From Rhynchopus sp. YZ270_cl-10 (lineage: Eukaryota), in NCBI GenBank assembly GCA_964035575.1, contig OZ037835.1, forward strand, positions 2,108,001 through 2,172,000: 64,000 bases of DNA, written 5' to 3'. Under the pieces are notes generated by a model that was given only the letters and a program-made list of their open reading frames with translations, made no database searches and was not told the origin of the DNA. A program made the position numbers and the translations under genes. Below, piece after piece: positions 55,015-64,000 of the stretch. How positions within the stretch are numbered: position 1 is the first letter of the stretch; each line of letters starts with the position of its first letter.

Positions 55015-57318
55015 CTTCTGTCGGATTGAGTGATTGGAACAGTGCGTGTGTTCGAAGTATATGCAGTGAGACAACAAACACCGGTGGGGTAAAAACATAG
55101 GTGGATTAGGAATTTCAAAACTCTAAGGAGGGTTTTTACCCCCTCCGATGGTTGTTGTCTTACTGTAGTATCATATTTTTGTGTTTTGTCGTTTTTATTT
55201 TCCGCACAACATAAATATCCATGTCATGATGACGTTTATATTTGAGTGGGGTTGTCGCAATCTCAGCTTGGGTGGAGTGCAGTATCTGTCCTCAGATCAG
55301 TTTGGAAGTCATCCCGACATCTTTTATGATGTCCCAACTGAGTATTGTCACCCTTACGCAATGTGGATTCATTTTATATCCTGGGCCGGAGGCCGGGGGA
55401 TCGGGGGCCGGGCCGTTTTTGCGCCGATACGCGGGGTAAAAATCAGGTGGGGGGTATGGAAAAAGCAATATCTTGCCTTACATTCTATGATATGCTGTCT
55501 CTGTTCTGTCTTGTTTAATTGTATTAATGTTCATTGTTTCCCTTTCATTGTCCTTTGCTTGTGCTCCCCGACTCCAATTCAATCAATACTCACATAGGGC
55601 TAAAAATACAATTAGCGTTTCTCATTTAGGAAAGATATAAAAAGGCAGGGGGGTGCAGGGTGGGTATGTGCAATGAAAATCACTTTGGTAAAAAAGTTCG
55701 AGAATGTAAGTTTTATTATTGTTCATGAAGTCTCTCAGAAAGTTGTAAATTGTGAAATATTCTTACCTTTGTGAGTGCATGGGAAATGGTCGTATCAGTG
55801 GTGCAAGAGCAACAACGTCGTTCTATTACTATCTGAATTATGCTGTTTCCATTGATTCTGCAATTGAGTGCGAAGGTGCAAAGATGTGTGTGAAGAAACC
55901 CAAAAGGGAAAGAGCAGTGTAAGGAGAACGGTGTGGCCCAGGAATGGAGTCACATCATCTCCTCCTCGCTCACGTAGTAGTGAATAAAACATACGGAAAA
56001 TACGATCATGTTTTTGCTGGGCACATGGTCACCGTGCGGGCAGTGATTCAACCCCATTTAGCAGCACTGTAAGGCACTGAAAGTGCGTTATGTGGGGTTT
56101 GAGAGTACTCTAAACAAAAATGTGGGCGTCGGGCTGCTATTTCTTTTTACCTCCTGCTTTGGCAGGGTAGGATCCGGGGAGGGCTGGGGAAAAACAAAGT
56201 ACCACCATATTGAATAATATTCTGCAAAAAAAATCATTTTTCGCGTTTTTCCGTTTTCCCCACTCTAGCCCCACCCCGTCTCTAAAGGTGTGCAGGCACC
56301 GTTTGAGGCATTTTCACCCCCAAGGGGGTTCCTTACTTTTGTTTCCTTTTTAAGTTCAAACCCTTTGCAGGATGCAGTGCAAACTTTAGGAATAATAGAT
56401 TCGTCCATTCTGACAAGGTCCTTTTTTGCTGTTTATTTTTCACAATGTTTGTGCTTTTTGCTGCTCTTACATCACCATCATTAGTGAGCGGTAACTCAGT
56501 ACGAAGGATAGTGGTTGGCTTCGTTCCTGGGCTCAGCAAATTGCAACGAACTCTCACTCCCCTCACCCCATAAACAATAATAGGAAAAACATAAATGCAA
56601 AATATTGTGTGCTGTCTGTGTAGTCCTCAAAACAAGAACAGGGAAGCTGTCCCTCACTGCCTTGAGTAGTGTGGTAGAACAACAAGAAAACGTGGTAAGA
56701 GGCAGTACCACGGTCACTTGCGTACACTAAACTCGCCTACACTGTAGGTAATCGTTATATAAAAAAAGCCACTTTCACAAATTTTTACTCGTCACTCATT
56801 ATCATCAATCAACCCGCCACTACACGATACACTCAGATACTTACACATACACTTCTCAAAGCCACCGATATCGAGGCACTACTCCAACCACGAATACACA
56901 CCAATCATTCATGATCTGTGAGGATCATCAAATCAACCCACCCATCTTCCCCACTCCACTTGAGATGCCACGTGCTACACTTCTTTCCTCACCCATCTTC
57001 AAGGTGTGACTTTAGACCCTTCTTCACCGGCTGTCTGTGCCATCTGGAGGGTGCATCACCATGACCGATATTTGTTTCCCTCCATTTTAAAGTCAAACTT
57101 TACTCTCCGGCTTCGTGCCTCCCATTGCGCACAATGGGAACTCTAGTCTTTTCCCTCTTAGGTTTGAATAGGTAAAATATAAGATGCTTTGTCAAGTCCA
57201 AAGGTTATTCCCTCCACCCTCCACACCACCACACACAACAGCGTTTTTATAACGGAACAACAAAACCCTTTCTGCTTGCTTCTTCCTTCCCCCTCTTCCT
57301 TCTTCACCCTCTTTCAAA

Positions 57319-57978
57319 ATGAGCCCAGCCTTTGATGCACTCTCGTGCGCTGAGCCCACGAAGCATGCTCTTGCACGTGACCACCCTCTGATCACGATGC
57401 ACTGGCAGAACGTTTTTGGGTGGACCTCCGTAACACCCTTCAAGGCACGTGAGGGCAAGGACGGGGATGTACTGTTTAGGTTTGAGACACAGCTGAGCCA
57501 GGCGAGCCTGTTTGCGCACTTTGCACTGTTCTGCACGTATCCGTCGTTTGTGATGGATGTGACTGATGTGGAGGGAGGCAAGCAGGAGAAGGTGGCGAGC
57601 ATTGAGCACACCGCGTCGTGCTGTGGTGTGGGGCGGCTGCGTGCGTACACTGTGCGTGGCAACGTCTCTGAGTACGTCGGTGAAGTCGTCCCTGGGTGTT
57701 GCTTCTCTGCTGTGGGCCAGATCTCGAACGCGTCTGCGGAGCCTGTTGGCAAGGTGGTGTACACACAGCACAGCATGGGGGGCCTCTGTGGCAAGGAGGA
57801 GCTCACACTCCTGGGTGCGCTGGGCAGGAGGTGCGCGCTCACCCTTGCAGACCAGACTGCGTCCCAGCCTGCTGTCTACGAGATGCGTTCAGAGGAGGCT
57901 GTCAGCGAGGCGGAGAAGCTGCTCTTGATGTCTGCAGTCCTCTTCACAGGTCTGGTGAAGGAGGAGTTGGCTGTGTGA
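57319..57978 (+). CDS. phospholipid scramblase / LURP-one (tubby C-like) family protein, copy 1
   Basis: Beta-rich, Cys-rich pattern (FCTYPSFVMDVTD, VASIEHTASCCG, VGEVVPGCCF, VGKVV) with C-terminal helix EAEKLLLMSAVLF. Confidence 0.7.
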   Translation: MSPAFDALSCAEPTKHALARDHPLITMHWQNVFGWTSVTPFKAREGKDGDVLFRFETQLSQASLFAHFALFCTYPSFVMDVTDVEGGKQEKVASIEHTASCCGVGRLRAYTVRGNVSEYVGEVVPGCCFSAVGQISNASAEPVGKVVYTQHSMGGLCGKEELTLLGALGRRCALTLADQTASQPAVYEMRSEEAVSEAEKLLLMSAVLFTGLVKEELAV

Positions 57979-59656
57979 ATGGGGGGCCGTTTTGTGTTTC
58001 CTGTTGTGGTTTCTTTTGCGTACTTATTATACAAGTTGAGTGTATTTGTGACAGGATTTACAATTCCCCACTCATAAAATAGTACGTAATTGTACTCAGG
58101 CGAAATTGTGGTTTTCAAATTGCACGCCTGCAACAGGATTTTGTGAAGAGTCAATAAGTGCACGTTAATAATATAAATTTATTAAACGCTAGAATAATAT
58201 GATCATCCTTATAATCTTTCAGCGAACATCAAAATGAATGATTTAGTCGGAAACAATTGGGAAATTATTATGTAGAATGTAGAGTAGCAACTCAGGTGGA
58301 TAATCCAATTTTGGGATTTCAAAAACTCTAACGAGGCTTTTTTAGCCCAGTACTGATGTTTGTTGTATGGCTGTAGTTTAGTGATATTTTGTTATAAGAG
58401 TCTAGGTGTGTGCGTTTCACCACACCCTTTTTTGTCTTTTTTGCATTTTTTTTAATTGTTTGCGGGTTGGGGAAACGCAATAAACGAAAAGTAGGAGCGC
58501 GGTTTCAATTTTCTTTTTCTTTATTCGAATGTTGTCCCATTATTGGTTTCCCCCGCCTTCCTCCTCGTAACCTATAAGAAGTAGTTTTTTTTTTCAGCCA
58601 CGCCGACAAGCATAGCCTCTTGCTTAGTTGTGTTTATGGTGCCACACGACGTGTTCCACACTGACAATTCCCTTTTCCTCGTGGGTCTTCGTCTTAGCAG
58701 TAGGTGGCTTTCTCATGTAGTCTCTCATAGTTTATAGTGTTGCCTAGAGTCGCATGGCACTTCATGGAATGTGTCGTGCACGAGAGGCACTCATCTTACA
58801 AGCTTTTCCTTGATTTGTTGCATACAAGCGTATTCGTTACAACTTTTCTGTTGGTGACTAAGCACGAGGGTCTTAGGTTCATCTCATAAACGTTTATTTA
58901 TTTTTTCGGGAACGTGACACCTGTGACATACAGAAGCGTTACAACTGTTCAGGCTCTTGCCCATTTTTCTATTCGCGATTTTCCCCTCGTTTTTAGAATC
59001 AACAGAGTGTGTACGTTAAGATTTCTTACCACTGTGGGCTTTACTTGACGCTGTGCAATATCGATTGCGATCAAAGCGAAAAACAGAACGGCTTAGGTTC
59101 AAGTGAGACCCAACCATTTTCCCTTTTTTTTACCACCTACGTTTTTTACGACTGTTGCGTGAAATGTCTATTCGAAAGAGAACACCGACGCAGGAGAGCC
59201 TATTATAGCAAACTGTTTTCTTCTCCGCCAACACACAAAATATACTTGACAGAAAAAGCTATTTCACACAACGTTTTTTTTTCCTTTTCTTTTTGTAACT
59301 TTCTGCTTTCATATTTTTTCAAAGTCCCATTCCTGGTCACGATGTTACGCGAACGTTCCTGCAGTCAACTCAGGGGGAAATAAGAATCAACGATGTGATA
59401 CAGGATATGGGTGGTTCACTGATTCCACACAACCGACACCTGTGGTGTGTCTCCACCAAAAGCAAATAGCTTTTAATAAGAGAGTGTTTTCGAAGTCAGG
59501 AAAGAAAGTTCAGTGCACGGAGATTCAGAAAGCCCTAACAGGGATCTTGTATAGTGGTTCTCAACGAGCAGATGATATGGAAAAATGCGTGTGTTCGTTG
59601 CACCACAACCTCTTCCTTTTGTCTTTATTGTCTTTATTTTTTTAAATAAATTGTTT

Positions 59657-59754
59657 CCACCTGATTTTTACCCCGCGTATAGGCGCGTATAGGCCAAACC
59701 CCACCCATTTTCCCCAGCCTTTACGTGCCTATGCGCGGGGTAAAATTCAGGTGG
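59657..59754. mobile_element. 98-bp MITE with 5-bp TSD
   Basis: CCACCTGATTTTTACCCCGCGTATAGGC / GCCTATGCGCGGGGTAAAATTCAGGTGG flanked by TGTTT. Empty-site-like AATTGTTTGCGGGT at ~58454; a lone end at ~55428-55450. Confidence 0.75.
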
Positions 59755-60121
59755 TGTTTGCGGGTCTGAGAAACAAAAAAGTGCCCGAGAGAGAGCTCGT
59801 GATCAGTTGTTTCACAAGGTTGCACAAAGGTAGGCGTCGTTTCATCGCTGCCAGCTTTTTATCAAAATCTTTTAATTTCCCTCCATCACTTCACCTCCTC
59901 AGGGCGGATTCTACTAGCGCCAGGTGGTCAATTTGCTCCAACGTTTTTTTTCAAAAGTACATTTCAAAGGAAACGTAAAATAAAGGATGCTTTGTCAAGT
60001 CCAAAGGTTATTCCCTCCACCCTCCACACCACCACACACAACAGCGTTTTTATAACGGAACAACAAAACCCTTTCTGCTTGCTTCTTCCTTCCCCCTCTT
60101 CCTTCTTCACCCTCTTTCAAA

Positions 60122-60781
60122 ATGAGCCCAGCCTTTGATGCACTCTCGTGCGCTGAGCCCACGAAGCATGCTCTTGCACGTGACCACCCTCTGATCACGA
60201 TGCACTGGCAGAACGTTTTTGGGTGGACCTCCGTAACACCCTTCAAGGCACGTGAGGGCAAGGACGGGGATGTACTGTTTAGGTTTGAGACACAGCTGAG
60301 CCAGGCGAGCCTGTTTGCGCACTTTGCACTGTTCTGCACGTATCCGTCGTTTGTGATGGATGTGACTGATGTGGAGGGAGGCAAGCAGGAGAAGGTGGCG
60401 AGCATTGAGCACACCGCGTCGTGCTGTGGTGTGGGGCGGCTGCGTGCGTACACTGTGCGTGGCAACGTCTCTGAGTACGTCGGTGAAGTCGTCCCTGGGT
60501 GTTGCTTCTCTGCTGTGGGCCAGATCTCGAACGCGTCTGCGGAGCCTGTTGGCAAGGTGGTGTACACACAGCACAGCATGGGGGGCCTCTGTGGCAAGGA
60601 GGAGCTCACACTCCTGGGTGCGCTGGGCAGGAGGTGCGCGCTCACCCTTGCAGACCAGACTGCGTCCCAGCCTGCTGTCTACGAGATGCGTTCAGAGGAG
60701 GCTGTCAGCGAGGCGGAGAAGCTGCTCTTGATGTCTGCAGTCCTCTTCACAGGTCTGGTGAAGGAGGAGTTGGCTGTGTGA
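60122..60781 (+). CDS. scramblase-like protein, copy 2
   Basis: Translation identical to 57319..57978. Confidence 0.7.
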   Translation: MSPAFDALSCAEPTKHALARDHPLITMHWQNVFGWTSVTPFKAREGKDGDVLFRFETQLSQASLFAHFALFCTYPSFVMDVTDVEGGKQEKVASIEHTASCCGVGRLRAYTVRGNVSEYVGEVVPGCCFSAVGQISNASAEPVGKVVYTQHSMGGLCGKEELTLLGALGRRCALTLADQTASQPAVYEMRSEEAVSEAEKLLLMSAVLFTGLVKEELAV

Positions 60782-61909
60782 ATGGGGGGCCGTTTTGTGT
60801 TTCCTGTTGTGGTTTCTTTTGCGTACTTATTATACAAGTTGAGTGTATTTGTAACAGGATTTACAATTCCCCACTCATAAAATAATATGTAATTGTACTC
60901 AGGCGAAATTGTGGTTTTCAAATTTCACGCCTGCAACAGGATTTTGTGAAGAGCCAATAAGTGCACGTTAATAGCATTAGTTTATTTAAAGCTAACATAG
61001 TCTGATCCTCGTTAATATTTTTCAGCGAGCAGCAGAAACCAAGAATGATTTAGTCCGACTGTCGGAAACAATTGGGAAATTATCATCTCCAGTAGAAACT
61101 CAGGTGGATTTTGGGACTTCAAAAACTCGAAGGAGGCTTTTTTCAGCCCAGTACTGATGTTTGTTGTATGGCTGTAGTTTAGTGATATTTTGTTATAAGA
61201 GTGCTTTGTATTTTTATTCATCGTTTATCACATCCAAGAAACACTCTTGCATCACTGTAGTTCGACCAATGTAATTCCCCCCCACCATAGTAGCGTTTCG
61301 CAGAGTCTTGTCTTGTCTTGTCTTTCTTACCTTCTTTTTGTTCCCCTTATCTGTGCCAGTGTGCCCCTACCCGCCCTCTACACACAAACGCCCTGCCACC
61401 CATAGCATTGTCCACAGGTGTGCTGCAACAGTTTTGTTGCAATTCAACAGAACTGCCTCGGTCAAGGGCTTCTGTGTGGCATGAGTGGTGTAGGCGGCAA
61501 AAGGCACGTGCCCTTTCTCTTCTCCCATTCTCTCCCCTTCCAGCCTGCATACCCAAAACTGCAGGGGCGCCTCCCCGTTGTTTTCTTTTCTTTGGATAGA
61601 CATAAAAAAGAAATGCAGAAGCAAAAATGTGTACTTTTTGTTTCTTCGAATGTTCGAATCCTGCCTGTGGAGGTGGGAGAGGTGTTTGCGGAATGTTCGG
61701 TTCTTTTCTTATGCTTTTTGGAGGATAGCACATCTTCACCCAAGTTTGTTTCCAAGGTGGCTAAGCACAGAGAAGCTTAGGTTTATCTTATGCACGCTCT
61801 TCTTTGTTTTCAAAAAGGTGGTTCAGGTCTGTGATGTTGCGGTGTGAGGACCACCAAGTTACATTTCTCTGTTATTGGTAAAGTGACTAAGCAATGAGTG
61901 GCTCGCTGA

Positions 61910-62131
61910 GGGGGAGGTCGAATATAAGAAAGAGTTGGGAAATGGGGGTTTTCAGTTCTTCAAAGATGCCCTTTCTTATATTCGACCCGTCCACAGCGTC
62001 GGCACTCTTTAGCAGTTTAAGTTGAATATAAGAACCCCTTTCTTATATTAGCTTAAAAACGTCATTTTCGCTTTATTCTTACGCATATTATAAGATACGG
62101 TATTACCCTTTCTTATATTCGACCCCCCCCC
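61910..62131. mobile_element. MITE with GGTCGAATATAAGAAAG TIRs
   Basis: GGGGGAGGTCGAATATAAGAAAG / CTTTCTTATATTCGACCCCCCCC, with an internal copy of the motif; related end at ~48260. Confidence 0.7.
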
Positions 62132-63795
62132 GGCATTTTTTTCCAATCACGACGGGACCCAGTGACAAGTGAAATCACGTGTCATTTCGCTTGTCACTTG
62201 TTAAAGTAGTTTAGTTAGTAGTAAGTAGTTTTTTTTTCAGCCACGCCGACAAGCATAGCCTCTTTGCTTAGTTGTGTTTATGGTGCCACACGACGTGTTC
62301 CACACTGACAATTCCCTTTTCCTCGTGGGTCTTCGTCTTAGCAGTAGGTGGCTTTCTCATGTAGTCTCTCATAGTTTATAGTGTTGCCTAGAGTCGCATG
62401 GCACTTCATGGAATGTGTCGTGCACGAGAGGCACTCATCTTACAAGCTTTTCCTTGATTTGTTGCATACAAGCGTATTGGTTACAACTTGGAACTGTTTT
62501 ATTCTCCCCACCCCCAACAACATCACATTCAGAAAACATCGTTTTTTTTTGTTTTTTATTCGCTCTCTTTTCTTCTTCCCTCACCTCATTGTTGTGAAGT
62601 AAGCCTTTTTGTTCTTAGTCGCGAGTTTTCAAGTGCAGGAAAATGACCGGGCAGTGTTGGGGGCGCACTCGTTGAGTGCCGCACTGCAGATGACGTTGTC
62701 ATCTGCATCAGTGGGTCCGCCACAAATGATATAGGCATCGGCATTGCACACGGCCTCCACCTTACCGTTTCTGTTCCTAATCCACAAAACCTCAAATTAC
62801 TTTTTCTTTGCTTTTATTTATTGTCTTCACGCTTTACCTTTGTTGTTGTGTTGAGAAGTAATAAGGGATGTACCACACTGTGACATACAGAAAGCGCTGC
62901 AACAGTTTTCATGCTCCCCCTTATTCCATTCACGATTTTCCCCTCGTTTTTTTAGAATCAACAGAGTGCGTACATTAAGATTTCTTTCCACTTTGGACTT
63001 TACTGACACTGTGCAATATCGATTGCGGTCGGCACAGAACGGCTGAGGTTCAAGTGAGACCCAACCATTTTCTTTTTTGTCATGATTCGTTTATTAATTG
63101 TCTTCACGCTTTATCATTGTTGTAGGGTTGAAATATAATTCCACCTACGTTTTATACGACTGTTGCGGCGTGAACTATCTATTCTGTGAAAGAGAATCCC
63201 CCGCAGGAGCCTTTCATCAGAAGCTGTTTTCTCCAGAAGACTCAAGAAGTCCTCCCAAAGGCTCCGTCTTCGAGTTGCTGCATTTCGCCCCTTTCCCCTT
63301 TCCCCTCAGCACATCAAACACATACGTGGAACACTCTGTGGAGACCATTTCAGATTATTTCCTGACAACTTTTATAGTGGTTCTCTACGAGCAGAGGATG
63401 GGGAAATACGAGTGTTGCCCTGCACCACAAGCCTCTCCCTTTTTGTCTTTTTTGTCTTTATTGTTTTATAGTTTGCGAGGGTCGGGAAAATGCCAAAAGG
63501 AAACGGTTTCCATGTAATCTTGAAATCTGGATTCCTGGAGTGGGGGGAGAAAATAATATGACCCCCCGCACTTCGGGCCTGCAACGACAAATAAAATATC
63601 TTCTCCCGTACGCGAAGGTCTTTCGCGCGCAGTACATTTCAAAGGAAACGTAAAATAAAGGATGCTTTGTCACGTCCAAATGTTATTCCCTCCACCCTCC
63701 ACACCACCACACACGACAGCGTTTTTATAACGGAACAACAACCCCTTCCTGCTTGCTTCTTCCTTCCCCCTCTTCCTTCTTCACCCTCTTTCAAA

Positions 63796-64000
63796 ATGAG
63801 CCCAGCCTTTGATGCACTCTCGTGCGCTGAGCCCACGAAGCATGCTCTTGCACGTGACCACCCTCTGATCACGATGCACTGGCAGAACGTCTTTGGGTGG
63901 ACCTCCGTAACACCCTTCAAGGCACGTGAGGGCAAGGACGGGGATGTGCTGTTTAGGTTTGAGACACAGCTGAGCCAGGCGAGCCTGTTTGCGCACTTTG
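63796..64000 (+). CDS. scramblase-like protein, copy 3 (3'-truncated by window edge)
   Basis: ATGAGCCCAGCC... same protein start, with two synonymous differences from copies 1 and 2. Confidence 0.7.
   Translation, partial: MSPAFDALSCAEPTKHALARDHPLITMHWQNVFGWTSVTPFKAREGKDGDVLFRFETQLSQASLFAHF

Noticed and set aside
59090..59115. GGCTTAGGTTCAAG resembling a tRNA T-loop / B box (also ~42268, ~63041)
   Set aside because: No cloverleaf or A box can be built; part of a dispersed repeat.

Overview
Eukaryotic protist DNA, most likely euglenozoan (diplonemid-like; inference). Every credible gene is on the + strand and mostly intronless, as expected for a polycistronic, trans-spliced cluster. The spacers are packed with non-autonomous DNA transposons (several nested, with readable TIRs and TSDs) and simple satellites. 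Genes: a 5'-truncated WD40-like protein, a 3-exon multi-pass membrane protein, three receptor-type class III nucleotide cyclase genes (one intact-looking, two pseudo-catalytic, one of these with an in-frame TAA), an acid ceramidase/NAAA-family hydrolase, an ankyrin-repeat protein, a small 2-exon hypothetical and three tandem scramblase-like genes. The most notable item is a family of six genes plus one relic with an N-terminal ubiquitin-like (Ubl) domain, a helical linker, a variable number of 25-aa BspA/TpLRR-type repeats with hypervariable positions, and mostly a C-terminal membrane anchor (CaaX or hydrophobic tail). A Ubl-WD40-polybasic-CaaX gene shares this design. Together they look like a diversifying repertoire of membrane-tethered Ubl-headed recognition proteins. 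All assignments are by eye; no database searches were run.
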